Source: Trueperaceae bacterium (GTDB lineage Bacteria; Deinococcota; Deinococci; Deinococcales; Trueperaceae). Taken from it: DNA of 64,000 nt. Location: assembly GCA_034521815.1 (NCBI GenBank), contig JAXHLW010000013.1, forward strand, positions 1,216,001-1,280,000. The letters are read 5' to 3'. Of the stretch, positions 1 to 9,041 are shown in pieces (the first letter of the stretch is position 1; every line of letters begins with the position of its first letter). The notes beneath the pieces are model-generated. The model searched no databases. It was not told the DNA's origin and saw only the letters and a program-made list of their open reading frames with translations. The translations under genes and the position numbers were made by a program.

Positions 1-70
1 GCCATCCCGGACCGGCCCACCACGCGAGGGCGAGAAGCAGAACGAGCGCTAGGCTGACCGGACCGACCAC
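1..70 (-). CDS. 5' end of a probable secreted or membrane protein, truncated by the window edge (MVGPVSLALVLLLALAWWAGPGW...)
   Basis: GTG at 70 preceded by minus-strand TAGGCT (77-82) at 6-nt spacing; hydrophobic signal-peptide-like translation. Confidence 0.5.
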   Translation of the reverse strand, partial: MVGPVSLALVLLLALAWWAGPGW

Positions 71-143
71 GTCACGAGCCTACCCCGACCGGCCGAAGCG
101 CGTCCCGGGGCGGCAGCCTGGGGGTGGTACGATCGGGCCGACG

Positions 144-1028
144 ATGGGCATCAGCGCCAAGGCACGCCCGCGACGCGAACGGGTGATGCTCCTCCTTCAG
201 CCCGTGGCGGGTGCCGTCGTGCGCGGCCTGGCGCCCCTCGGCGTCAACCCGCTTTGGCTCGTCACCCTGCACAGCGTCATGGGCATCGCAGCCGGCGTGC
301 TGATCGCCGTCGCCGGACCCGGCACCGGACCCGGTGCCGGACCCGACGGCCCCCTCGGCGGATCCGTCGGCTGGACCGTGGCCGCCGGCCTGCTGCTCGC
401 GAAAGCCGTTCTGGACAACGCCGACGGCGGGCTTGCCCGGGCCACGGGCCAGGTCACGAAGATGGGCCGCTACTACGACAGCGGCATGGACCTCGTCGTG
501 AACGTCGCGGTGTTCGCTGGCTTGAGCGTGCACGTCGGCGTGCCCGTCGCTGCGATCGCGCTGGTCGTGAGCACGGTGGCCCTGTCGCTGGACTTCAACA
601 TGGAGCGGCTCTACCGGCGGCCACGCACGTCCGCACCCAGCGGCCCGCCCGCGGCGGACCTTCCCGTGGGTGCGCCCGAGCCGGCGTATCGCCTGTTCGA
701 GCAGCTGTACGAGCGCCTGCTCGCCCCGCAGGATCGCGCGATCGAGCGTCTGGACCGGGCCCTGTTCCGCCGCGTGGAGGGCAGCGAGTACGAGGACGCG
801 CCGCTGGATCGTCGCCTCGCCTGGTCCGACCTGTTCTCGACCGCGACGCTCGTCGATCTGGGTCTGTCGACGCAGACGGTGATCCTGGCCGCCTGCCTGG
901 TCGCGGGTCGACCGTGGATCTTCGTGACCGCGCTCCTCGTCATCCCCGCCTGGGCATTGGGCGTGACCCTACTGCGGCTGATCCGATACCGGGCGTATCG
1001 TCGCGGGGATGAGGAGCGTCCGACGTGA
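144..1028 (+). CDS. CDP-alcohol phosphatidyltransferase family protein
   Basis: Motif LDNADGGLARATGQVTKMGRYYDSGMD matches DxxDGxxAR...GxxxDxxxD; multiple TM segments. Confidence 0.85.
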   Translation: MGISAKARPRRERVMLLLQPVAGAVVRGLAPLGVNPLWLVTLHSVMGIAAGVLIAVAGPGTGPGAGPDGPLGGSVGWTVAAGLLLAKAVLDNADGGLARATGQVTKMGRYYDSGMDLVVNVAVFAGLSVHVGVPVAAIALVVSTVALSLDFNMERLYRRPRTSAPSGPPAADLPVGAPEPAYRLFEQLYERLLAPQDRAIERLDRALFRRVEGSEYEDAPLDRRLAWSDLFSTATLVDLGLSTQTVILAACLVAGRPWIFVTALLVIPAWALGVTLLRLIRYRAYRRGDEERPT

Positions 1029-1537
1029 CCGAAACCGTGACCGAAACCCGTGACGCCGCCCCGAGGCCGCTGCCCACGGTGGGCGCGCTGATCGTCGCTC
1101 CCGATGGACGCGGCCTGTTCGTCCGCACCGAGAAGTGGCGCGGCCTTTGGGGCGTGCCCGGAGGCAAGATCGAGGGGGGCGAGACGATGCTGGCCGCGCT
1201 GCGCCGCGAGACGCGCGAGGAAACCGGCCTCACGCTGCACGACGTCCGTTGGGCCCCGACCCAAGAGGCCGTACGCAGCGACGCGTTCGCGCGCGACGCC
1301 CACTTCGTGCTTCTGAACTTCGTCGCGCGAACGAGCGCGACCGACGTCCGCCTGAACGACGAGGCGGACCGACACGTTTGGCTGCGCCCCGCGGACGCCC
1401 TCCGCGAGCTGCCGCTGAACGGCCCGACCCGCGCCCTGGTGCTTCACTACCTCGGCCACGGCCACTCCGGACCCGTGCTGCGCGAGGCACGAACGCCGAG
1501 CCGGGCGACGACCGGATCTTCGCGCGCACGCCCGTGA
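1025..1537 (+). CDS. NUDIX hydrolase
   Basis: Nudix box GGKIEGGETMLAALRRETREETGL; GTGA overlap with the upstream stop. Confidence 0.9.
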   Translation: MTETVTETRDAAPRPLPTVGALIVAPDGRGLFVRTEKWRGLWGVPGGKIEGGETMLAALRRETREETGLTLHDVRWAPTQEAVRSDAFARDAHFVLLNFVARTSATDVRLNDEADRHVWLRPADALRELPLNGPTRALVLHYLGHGHSGPVLREARTPSRATTGSSRARP

Positions 1538-2247
1538 GGCCGGCGGCGCTCGTCACCGGCTCGGCGAAGGGGATCGGTCGCGCGCTTCTGCTCATGCTGG
1601 CCGAACGCGGACACGACGTGATCGTTCACTACCGCTCCAGCGCCGACGAGGCGGAGGCCGTCGCCGAGCTCGCCCGCGGGCTCGGCGCGCACGCCGCGAC
1701 GATCCGGGCGGACGTCACCGACGAGGCCGCGGCGCACGGCCTGGTCGACGCCGCCGCCGAGCGGCTGGGTCGCCTGGACGTGGTGATCAACAACGTCGGC
1801 AACTACGACAAGGGTCCCCTGGACGAGGTCTCGAGCGCTTCGTGGCACGAGATGTTCGACTCGAACCTCCACGCCACGTACTACGTCTGTCAGCGCGCGG
1901 CGCCGATCCTACGGGCCTCCCCGCAGGGACGGATCGTGAACGTCGGCTACGCCGGCGTCGACGCCTTGGTCGCGAAGCCCGGCATCATCGGCTACCAGAT
2001 CGCCAAGACCGGCGTGCTGCTCTACAGTCGCGCGCTGGCGAAGCGCGAAGCGCGTCACGGCACCACGGTGAACGTCGTCGCTCCAGGCGTGATCGAGAAC
2101 AGCGTGACCCAGCCGATCGACGAGATTCCGATGGGACGGCCGGGCACGCTCGACGAGATGGCGTCCACCGTGGCGTTCCTCGTCTCGGACGAGGCGCGCT
2201 ACGTCACCGGCGCGTTCCTACCGGTGGCCGGCGGATGGAACCTGTGA
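1534..2247 (+). CDS. SDR oxidoreductase, pteridine/dihydrofolate reductase-like (FolM/TmpR-type)
   Basis: TGSAKGIG, VHYRSS, NNVG and YQIAK (YxxxK) motifs; GTG at 1534 overlaps the NUDIX stop. Confidence 0.8.
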   Translation: MRPAALVTGSAKGIGRALLLMLAERGHDVIVHYRSSADEAEAVAELARGLGAHAATIRADVTDEAAAHGLVDAAAERLGRLDVVINNVGNYDKGPLDEVSSASWHEMFDSNLHATYYVCQRAAPILRASPQGRIVNVGYAGVDALVAKPGIIGYQIAKTGVLLYSRALAKREARHGTTVNVVAPGVIENSVTQPIDEIPMGRPGTLDEMASTVAFLVSDEARYVTGAFLPVAGGWNL

Positions 2248-2972
2248 CCCCTGCGGACACGAACCCGTTCCGGACCCGCACGACGCGCGACGACGCCGGG
2301 TATCTCCGCACCGGTCCGTTGCCGGCCGACGATCGTCCCGCGGCTCGCCTGAACCGCTGGCCACCGACGGCACGGCTGTACGAGCCGCTCTGGCGGCGCC
2401 GCAGCCTGGGGCTGCTCACCCTCGGCGCGTTCGGGACGGATCGCGAGCTCGACGCGATGACCGCGTGGCTCGCGACGTCCCCCGGCGTGCGGATCCTCGA
2501 CGTCGGCTGCGGCGCGGGGTTCTACCTGCGCGCGCTTCACGGCGCGCGCGCCGACCTGGACCTGCACGGCCTCGACGCCAGCCCGGCGTTCTTGCGAGAG
2601 GCGGCCAGGACGTTGGCCCAGGCGAACGTGCCCGCGACGCTGGTGCACGCGGACGCCGCCCGCCTCCCCTACCGCGACGACGCGTTCGACGGCGCCGCCT
2701 GCGGCGGCACGCCGAACGAGTTTCGCGACCCCTCGGCGGTGTTCCGGGAGATCGCCCGTGTCGTACGGTCGGGCGGGCACGTCTGGCTGATGGCCCAGAT
2801 CGCGGCGAGAACGTGGCCCGCCCGCTTCGGACAGGCGCTGGCTCGGACCGGCGGGCTATGGATTCCGAGCACCGACGAGTTCGTCGACCGTGCCGAGGCC
2901 GCCGGGCTGCGAGCGGTCAGGATCGAGGAGCGGGGACCCGTTCTGCTGGGAACGTTCGTACGCTCCGCCTGA
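2244..2972 (+). CDS. Class I SAM-dependent methyltransferase
   Basis: ILDVGCGAG motif I, GLDAS, ADAARLPYRDDAFD; GTGA coupling (alternative ATG at 2235). Confidence 0.85.
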   Translation: MTPADTNPFRTRTTRDDAGYLRTGPLPADDRPAARLNRWPPTARLYEPLWRRRSLGLLTLGAFGTDRELDAMTAWLATSPGVRILDVGCGAGFYLRALHGARADLDLHGLDASPAFLREAARTLAQANVPATLVHADAARLPYRDDAFDGAACGGTPNEFRDPSAVFREIARVVRSGGHVWLMAQIAARTWPARFGQALARTGGLWIPSTDEFVDRAEAAGLRAVRIEERGPVLLGTFVRSA

Positions 2973-2984
2973 ACGGCGGGTGAC

Positions 2985-3560
2985 TCAGTCTTCCTCGAGC
3001 ACGTACGACGGCTCGTGCGCGTCGGGAGCCAGATCGAAGATGCCTCCCGCCGCGCGGAGGTTGACGACGACGGCTTCGAAGCGCTCGACGAGCGGCAGCC
3101 GAAACAGCGAGGTGTCTTCGGCCGGGCGCATCACCCGAGCGTCGAACAACGTCTGGAACGGCTTCCTGTGCATCGCATCCTGCAGGAAGTCGCTGGTCCG
3201 CAGGTTCGGCCTGAGCTGCATCCGGCCCGCGAGGACGTAGTTCGGAAACACGAGGTAGACGTGCCGCTGCTGCGTCGGCATGTTCGGATCGGTGGGCATC
3301 CAGGCCCCACCGACGATCCATGCGACCTGATCCTTCGGAATCGCCGCGAACTCCGTTTCGTAGCGAAAGTCCTCGCGCTTGGGCGGATGCTCGATCCCGC
3401 TCGCGTACATCGAGCACGAGGTCATCGTCAGGTGCGGCCGATCGTCCGCGTTCAGGAACTCGGCCGTCCCCCGCGAGCTCGGGAGGTGGATCTTGCCGAT
3501 CACCCGGAACTGCGTCGTGTAGACCCTCGCCTCGGTCGGCGTCACGTTCGCGTAGAACAC
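2985..3560 (-). CDS. Hypothetical protein with two internally repeated small beta domains (DUF6812-like)
   Basis: Halves YTTQFRVIGKIHLP..AEFLN and VFPNYVLAGRMQLR..SDFLQ resemble each other; -10 TAACGT 6 nt before the GTG. Confidence 0.65.
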   Translation of the reverse strand: MFYANVTPTEARVYTTQFRVIGKIHLPSSRGTAEFLNADDRPHLTMTSCSMYASGIEHPPKREDFRYETEFAAIPKDQVAWIVGGAWMPTDPNMPTQQRHVYLVFPNYVLAGRMQLRPNLRTSDFLQDAMHRKPFQTLFDARVMRPAEDTSLFRLPLVERFEAVVVNLRAAGGIFDLAPDAHEPSYVLEED

Positions 3561-3680
3561 GCAACGACGTTAGCACGTGAGCGACGCCGTCCTTCGCAGG
3601 AGACCCGGAAGCCCGGGCGCTCGGCGCCACCGCGGCGCCTCGCGGCTCGCGCGGCGGGGAGGCCGGATAGAATGCGCGGC

Positions 3681-5021
3681 ATGACGAGAACCCTGTTCGG
3701 GACCGACGGCGTGCGAGGCGTCGCGGGCCAAGCCCCGATGAGCGCGGAGACCGCGTTCGCGCTGGGCCGGGCCACCGCCGAGCGGCTGCGCGAGACGGCG
3801 GGGCGGCCTCCCCGAATCGTGCTGGGCGTCGATACGCGCCTCAGTGGCGCCATGCTTCGACACGCGTTCACCGCCGGCGCGATCTCGCGCGGCGCGCACG
3901 TGAGGTACGCCGGCATCGTGCCCACGCCTGGCGTGGCGTTCCTCGCTCGCCACGAAGGCGCCGATGCGGGCGTCGTGATCTCGGCCAGTCACAACCCGTA
4001 CCAGGACAACGGCATCAAGATCTTCTCGTCGAACGGCGACAAGCTGCCGGACGAGGAGGAGGCCGCGATCGAGCGCTGGCTGGAGGCGGGCGACGAGGCG
4101 TACCCGCCCGTGACCGGCGACGCCATCGGTGGAAGCGATCGCTACCCGAGCCGCAAGGGTGCGTACCGAGAGCACCTGCTCGAACACGCGCCCTACCTCG
4201 ACGGTCTCCGGGTGGGCTTGGACTGCGCGAACGGCGCGGCCAGCGAGATCGCGCCCGAGCTGTTCCGTCGCATCGGCGCACGGCTGCAGGTGATCCACGC
4301 CGGTCCGGACGGTCGCAACATCAACGTCGAGTGCGGATCGACCCACCCCTCCGCGATCGCGGCGCACGTCCTGGCTCACGGCCTGGACGTCGGCGTCGCG
4401 TTCGACGGGGACGCCGACAGGGCCCTCCTCGTCGATGCGCGTGGCCGACTCGTGACCGGGGATCACATCCTGGCCATCGTCGCCAGGGTCCGCGGCGACG
4501 CGGAGGTCGTCGGCACGGTGATGACGAATCTCGGCGTGGAACGGTGGATGTCGGAGCACGGCGTCACGGTGCACCGCACGATGGTCGGCGACCGCTACGT
4601 CCATCGCGAGCTCGTCCAGCGCGGTCTGCGACTCGGCGGCGAGGCGTCGGGCCACGTGCTCTTTCTCGACAAGGCGCCCACGGGGGACGGCCTCCTCACC
4701 GCCTTGCAGCTGCTGGCGGCGGTCCGAGCCTCGGGGCGCTCGCTCGAGACGTGGATGGACCAGATACCGAGCTACCCGCAGATCTTGCGCAACGTTCACG
4801 TCGACACCGGTCGCAAGCACGCGACGGCGAGCCATCCCGAGGTCCTCGCCGCCGTCGCGGACGCCGAAGCCGACCTGGGCGCCGAGGGGCGCGTGAGCCT
4901 ACGCCCCAGCGGGACCGAGCCGCTGGTGCGCGTCATGGTCGAGGGCGCCGACTCGGATCGGATCGAGCGGTACGCCGCTCGCCTCGCCGACGTCGTCGCT
5001 CGCGTCGGGGCCGCCTCGTGA
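3681..5021 (+). CDS. glmM: Phosphoglucosamine mutase
   Basis: LFGTDGVRG, ISASHNP, DGDADR, GGEASGH, RPSGTEPLVRVMVE; TAGAAT 7 nt before the ATG. Confidence 0.95.
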   Translation: MTRTLFGTDGVRGVAGQAPMSAETAFALGRATAERLRETAGRPPRIVLGVDTRLSGAMLRHAFTAGAISRGAHVRYAGIVPTPGVAFLARHEGADAGVVISASHNPYQDNGIKIFSSNGDKLPDEEEAAIERWLEAGDEAYPPVTGDAIGGSDRYPSRKGAYREHLLEHAPYLDGLRVGLDCANGAASEIAPELFRRIGARLQVIHAGPDGRNINVECGSTHPSAIAAHVLAHGLDVGVAFDGDADRALLVDARGRLVTGDHILAIVARVRGDAEVVGTVMTNLGVERWMSEHGVTVHRTMVGDRYVHRELVQRGLRLGGEASGHVLFLDKAPTGDGLLTALQLLAAVRASGRSLETWMDQIPSYPQILRNVHVDTGRKHATASHPEVLAAVADAEADLGAEGRVSLRPSGTEPLVRVMVEGADSDRIERYAARLADVVARVGAAS

Positions 5022-5689
5022 AGGCCGGGGCGAGAGATGCTTGGGACACGACCGGACCGGCCGGCGGCTGGCTGGACGCGACACGTGCGCTTCACCCCGG
5101 CCACCCGGTGTGGCCCGGCGACGCTCCGTTCGTGATCGTTCCGACCGCCCGCATTCCGGAGGGCGCCAGCGTCAACCTTTCCAGCACGACAGGCACCACG
5201 CACCTGGGCACGCATGTCGACGCGCCGTGGCACTACGACGACGACGCGCCCCGGATCGAGTCGATCGGCCTGGACGTGCTGATCGGCGACGGCCAGGTGG
5301 TGGATCTCACGGCCGGCGAGGGACCGGTCGAGGCGGACGAGCTGCCGGGCGGTCCGTACGCCGGCCGGGTGCTGCTCCGCACCGGTCAGCCCGACGCGTG
5401 GGTCGCCTTTCCCACCGACCTTCGCGCGCTCACCCCAGGCGCGGTCCAGCGGTTGGCGGCCGGCGGGGCGCGGCTGATCGGCACCGACGCTCCGAGCGTC
5501 GACGAGTTGGACAGTGCGGACCTGGCGGCCCATCACGCCTGCGGACGGGCGGGCGTGACGATCGTCGAAGGCTTGGCCTTGGGGCGCGTCCCGGCCGGGC
5601 CGTGCCGCGTCATCTGCCTGCCGCTCCGGCTGGTCGGAACGGACGCGGCTCCGGCGCGCGTCGTCGTGCAGCCGCTGCGCAGCGCATGA
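5018..5689 (+). CDS. kynB: Kynurenine formamidase (cyclase family)
   Basis: HLGTHVDAPWH, IGTDAPSVD, IVEGL; directly upstream of kynureninase. Confidence 0.85.
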   Translation: MKAGARDAWDTTGPAGGWLDATRALHPGHPVWPGDAPFVIVPTARIPEGASVNLSSTTGTTHLGTHVDAPWHYDDDAPRIESIGLDVLIGDGQVVDLTAGEGPVEADELPGGPYAGRVLLRTGQPDAWVAFPTDLRALTPGAVQRLAAGGARLIGTDAPSVDELDSADLAAHHACGRAGVTIVEGLALGRVPAGPCRVICLPLRLVGTDAAPARVVVQPLRSA

Positions 5690-6879
5690 GCGAGCTCCCG
5701 CTGCGCGAGGCGTTCCTCCTTCCTACCGGCGTGTACCTCGACGGCAACTCGCTGGGGCCTCTCAGCTGGGCCGCCCACGCCGCCGTCGAACGACGCATGC
5801 GCCAGTGGCACCATCACGGCGTGACGGCGTGGGACGACTGGATCGGCTTGGCGGAACGGCTCGCTCCCGCGCTGGCACGCCTGGTGGGCGCGAACGCCGA
5901 CGAGGTCATCCCGACCGGCGGCGTCACCGTGAATCTCCACGCGGTGCTCGCCGGGCTCTACCGGCCAGAAGGGCGACGCCGCCACATCGTGGCGTTGGCT
6001 CGCGAGTTTCCGAGCGACCTGTACGCGCTCAGGTCGTGGACCGATCGTCACGGCGCCGAGCTCCGGCTCGTGGGCGGCACCGACGAGGTGGTCGACGAGG
6101 CGGACATCGAAGCCGCGCTGGACGACGAGGTCGCGCTCGCCTGGCTGCCCGTCGTGACCTACCGCGCCGGTCAGCTCCTGGACGTGGCTCGGCTGACGCG
6201 TGCCGCGCACGCTGCGGGCGCCTTGGCGGGATGGGACGCGGCGCACTCGATCGGCGCGGTTCCCCACGCGCTCCACGATCACGGTGCCGACGTGGCGGTG
6301 TGGTGCTCGTACAAGTACCTCAACGGCGGCCCCGGAGCGCCTGGCGGGCTGTTCGTGCACCGACGCCATCACGGGCGCACCCCCGGGATGCCCGGCTGGT
6401 GGGGCCACGAGCGGACCAGCCAGTTCGAGATGCGTCCCGACTTCACCCCCGAGGCCGGGGCCGCCGGGTGGCAGATGGGCACGCCCAGCATCTTGGCGCT
6501 GGCCGGCTTGGAAGGCGCACTGGCGGTGTTCGAGGAGGTCCGGATCGATGCGGTGCGCGAGCGCTCGCTCGAACTCACGCGCCGGCTGATCGACGCCGTC
6601 GACCGCGAGCTTCCGGAGCTCGCCGTCGTCACGCCACGCGACGAAGCCCGCCGGGGCGGGCACGTCGCGCTGCGCCACGCGCATGCCGCCGGAATCTCTC
6701 GCGCGTTGCGCGAACGGAAGGTGATCGCCGACTTCAGGCGTCCCGACCTGCTGCGCCTCGCGCCCGTCGCGCTGTACAACGACGAGCGCGAGGTCGACAC
6801 GGTGGTCGCAACGCTCAGGGACGTCCTCGACGAGAGCGCCTACCTCCGTCCCCCGCCCACCGAGCCGTCCGTGCCGTGA
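5686..6879 (+). CDS. kynU: Kynureninase
   Basis: YLDGNSLG, FPSDLY, WDAAHSIG, WCSYKYLNGGPG (PLP lysine), GWWGH. Confidence 0.95.
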   Translation: MSELPLREAFLLPTGVYLDGNSLGPLSWAAHAAVERRMRQWHHHGVTAWDDWIGLAERLAPALARLVGANADEVIPTGGVTVNLHAVLAGLYRPEGRRRHIVALAREFPSDLYALRSWTDRHGAELRLVGGTDEVVDEADIEAALDDEVALAWLPVVTYRAGQLLDVARLTRAAHAAGALAGWDAAHSIGAVPHALHDHGADVAVWCSYKYLNGGPGAPGGLFVHRRHHGRTPGMPGWWGHERTSQFEMRPDFTPEAGAAGWQMGTPSILALAGLEGALAVFEEVRIDAVRERSLELTRRLIDAVDRELPELAVVTPRDEARRGGHVALRHAHAAGISRALRERKVIADFRRPDLLRLAPVALYNDEREVDTVVATLRDVLDESAYLRPPPTEPSVP

Positions 6880-6896
6880 GCGGCTATCATGCCGGC

Positions 6897-7163
6897 ATGA
6901 ACGAACCCAGCGAGGCGCCGGGCGACTCCGTTCCTCGCGACTCCGTTTCTGGCGACTCCGTTCCTGGCGTTTCAGCTCCTCGCGTCTCGACCGTGGGGTA
7001 CGCGATCGGCGTCGGTATGGCGTTCATGGCCGTGGTCGGCGTGTTCGTGAGGTTCGCCTTCGCAGGCGCGCCGGACGTGCTTCTGCTCGGCGGCTCGTTC
7101 CTCGTGGGCGCGGCCCTGGGCGCTGTCCGTGCGCGTGCCACCCGCGTGGACCTGTCCGACTGA
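6897..7163 (+). CDS. Small membrane protein (2 TM) with N-terminal 5-aa repeats
   Basis: TATCAT 6 nt before the ATG; two hydrophobic helices; GDSVP-type repeats. Confidence 0.6.
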   Translation: MNEPSEAPGDSVPRDSVSGDSVPGVSAPRVSTVGYAIGVGMAFMAVVGVFVRFAFAGAPDVLLLGGSFLVGAALGAVRARATRVDLSD

Positions 7164-7244
7164 GGCGCCGCCGCACACCCGAGAGCCCGGGCCACGGGTC
7201 TCGAGCGCCGTGCCCCCGTGACGAACCCGAACAAGAGCCAATCG

Positions 7245-7274
7245 ACAGCGATCCGCATCGCTGCGGATCGCTGT
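7245..7274 (-). terminator. 13-bp hairpin downstream of the tRNA operon (probable terminator)
   Basis: ACAGCGATCCGCA-TCGC-TGCGGATCGCTGT; loop reads GCGA (GNRA) on the minus strand; no long U tract. Confidence 0.55.
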
Positions 7275-7308
7275 GGACGTGGCTGGCCGTCATCGACGGC
7301 CCTTCTTC

Positions 7309-7385
<77 letters not shown>

Positions 7386-7416
7386 ATGCATCGTGCTCGG
7401 GCCTTGGAATCGGTAG

Positions 7417-7509
7417 TGGCGGAGAGGGAGGGATTCGAACCCTCGATAGAGGTTTTGCCCCTATACTCCCTTAGCAGGGGAGCGCCTTCAGCCGCTCGGC
7501 CACCTCTCC
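7417..7509 (-). tRNA. tRNA-Ser(GCT)
   Basis: GGAGAGGTGGCCGAGCGGCTGAAGGCG-CTCCC CT GCT AA GGGAG, long variable arm, TTCGAA loop, CCA end. Confidence 0.97.
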
Positions 7510-7539
7510 TGGTTGCCCGACGCCGACCGGACGATCGAG

Positions 7540-7629
7540 TGGCGGAGGGTGAGGGATTCGAACCCCCGGTGGGGCGAGCCCCACAACGGTTTTCAAGACC
7601 GCCGCTTTCGACCGCTCAGCCAACCCTCC
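7540..7629 (-). tRNA. tRNA-Ser(TGA)
   Basis: GGAGGGTTGGCTGAGCGGTCGAAAGCG-GCGGT CT TGA AA ACCGT, long variable arm, CCA end. Confidence 0.97.
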
Positions 7630-7643
7630 GGTCAGCGCAGGGA

Positions 7644-7672
7644 AGTATACCGGCAGGCCCAGAAGGTGTCAA
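7644..7672 (-). promoter_or_regulatory. Sigma70-type promoter of the tRNA operon
   Basis: Minus strand TTGACA-N17-TATACT; the -35 overlaps the trmJ stop codon. Confidence 0.85.
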
Positions 7673-8433
7673 CGCGTGCTCGACTCGTCCTGGGGGTGGC
7701 CCGGAAGCCGCTCCGGATCGCGCTTCGCGGCCCATGCCGCTTGCGAGATCAGGCCCCGCAGCGCCGCGACTTCGCGGGGTGTGGGCACGGCACGGTCCAG
7801 CAGACCCCGAAACAGCCTGAGCGTGGGAACCTCGCGGCGTGCGTCCGTGAACCCGATCAAATGCCAGAGCGCGACGAGATCGTCGTACATCCGCTCCACC
7901 TGATCGCGATCAGCGACCTCGGCGAGGTCCGGTCCGACCTCTCCTCTGCGCCGGCGCTCGAACCAACGGTGCGCCAGGATGTTCACCGCTTGGGCCAGGT
8001 TGATCGACGCGTAGTCCGCCGTAGGAATCTGGATCAACGCCTGACAACGATCGAGCTCCTCGTTCGCGAGGCCGTGATCCTCGGGACCGAACACCAGCGC
8101 GCCGCCCACGTCGGGAACGGTCGCGAGACCGTCGTCGGGCGGATAGTGGCGCACGGTCTCGCTTGCCCGCGGGCGGGCGGAGGTACCCACCGCCCAGCGC
8201 ACGCCGCGGAGCGCCTCGCCCAGGTCCGGCGCCACCGTCGCACGGTCCAGGACGTCACCGGCATGCGACGCCAGGGCCCGTGCGCTCGCGTCGATCCGGC
8301 AGCGCGGCGCGACCAGGACCAGCTCGGCAAGGCCGAAGTTCTTCATCGCCCGCGCCGCCGCCCCCACGTTCTCGGACGACTTGGGCCGCACCAGCACGAT
8401 GCGGAGACCGGCACGCTCGGAATCGTCGTTCAT
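7669..8433 (-). CDS. trmJ: SPOUT tRNA/rRNA methyltransferase, TrmJ/LasT family
   Basis: VLVRPKSSENVGAAARAMKNFG, VGTSAR, LVFGPEDHGLANEEL, YASINLAQAV. Confidence 0.85.
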   Translation of the reverse strand: MNDDSERAGLRIVLVRPKSSENVGAAARAMKNFGLAELVLVAPRCRIDASARALASHAGDVLDRATVAPDLGEALRGVRWAVGTSARPRASETVRHYPPDDGLATVPDVGGALVFGPEDHGLANEELDRCQALIQIPTADYASINLAQAVNILAHRWFERRRRGEVGPDLAEVADRDQVERMYDDLVALWHLIGFTDARREVPTLRLFRGLLDRAVPTPREVAALRGLISQAAWAAKRDPERLPGHPQDESSTR

Positions 8434-8456
8434 GCAGGGACGATACCGGACGCGAA

Positions 8457-8484
8457 ACCGCCCCCGGCACGTGCCGGGGGCGGT
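8457..8484 (-). terminator. Intrinsic terminator after rpsT
   Basis: Perfect 28-bp palindrome ACCGCCCCCGGCACGTGCCGGGGGCGGT ending in a short T run on the minus strand. Confidence 0.75.
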
Positions 8485-8521
8485 GCGATCGCGTAGCTGA
8501 CGCTGCTTTCAGGGGCTGCCT

Positions 8522-8800
8522 TCAGGCCGCGACGCCCTCACGCATCTTGCGGATGCGGGCGGACAGGCGGCTCTTGCGGCGCGCCGCGGCGTTCTTGTGC
8601 ATGGTGGCGCCCTTGGAGGCCTTGTCGACCAGACCTTGCACGACCTTCTGGTACTTGGCGGCGGCGTCGAAGTCGCCCTGTTCGGCGGCGGTCAGCGCCT
8701 TCTTGGTGAAGGTACGGATCGTCGACTTCGCCGCGCGGTTGCGCAGACGGGCGACTTCGGACTGGCGGTGCCGTTTCATCGCGGACGGGTTGCGAGCCAT
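8522..8800 (-). CDS. rpsT: 30S ribosomal protein S20
   Basis: SAMKRHRQSEVARLRNRAAKSTIRTFTKK...DKASKGATMHKNAAARRKSRL; SD GAGGAG. Confidence 0.97.
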   Translation of the reverse strand: MARNPSAMKRHRQSEVARLRNRAAKSTIRTFTKKALTAAEQGDFDAAAKYQKVVQGLVDKASKGATMHKNAAARRKSRLSARIRKMREGVAA

Positions 8801-8929
8801 GCTTCTCCTCGTGCTTCCTCTTGGAATGCGCGCGCCTCACGTCGACGTGGGCTCGCTGGGGGTCAGGAATCGTCCGATCACGGGTGCGGCGTCGTACGAG
8901 ACGCCTGCCTCTGCGTCGGTAGCCACAGG

Positions 8930-8959
8930 AGGGTAGCACATGCGTCCCGGCGTTCGCAA
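8930..8959 (-). promoter_or_regulatory. Probable rpsT promoter
   Basis: Minus strand TTGCGA-N18-TACCCT with a TGn extension. Confidence 0.5.
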
Positions 8960-9041
8960 CGTCACGCATGCACCGAAATCGTAGCCGTGCGGGTGACCAC
9001 GAACGAGCGCCTGGAGAATCTCCGAGCGAGGATACTGGGGA

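Noticed and set aside
7176-7185. CACCCGAGAG match to the tRNA-Arg 3' region as a possible att-site remnant
   Set aside because: Only 10 bp in GC-rich DNA, with no integrase or island next to the tRNAs.
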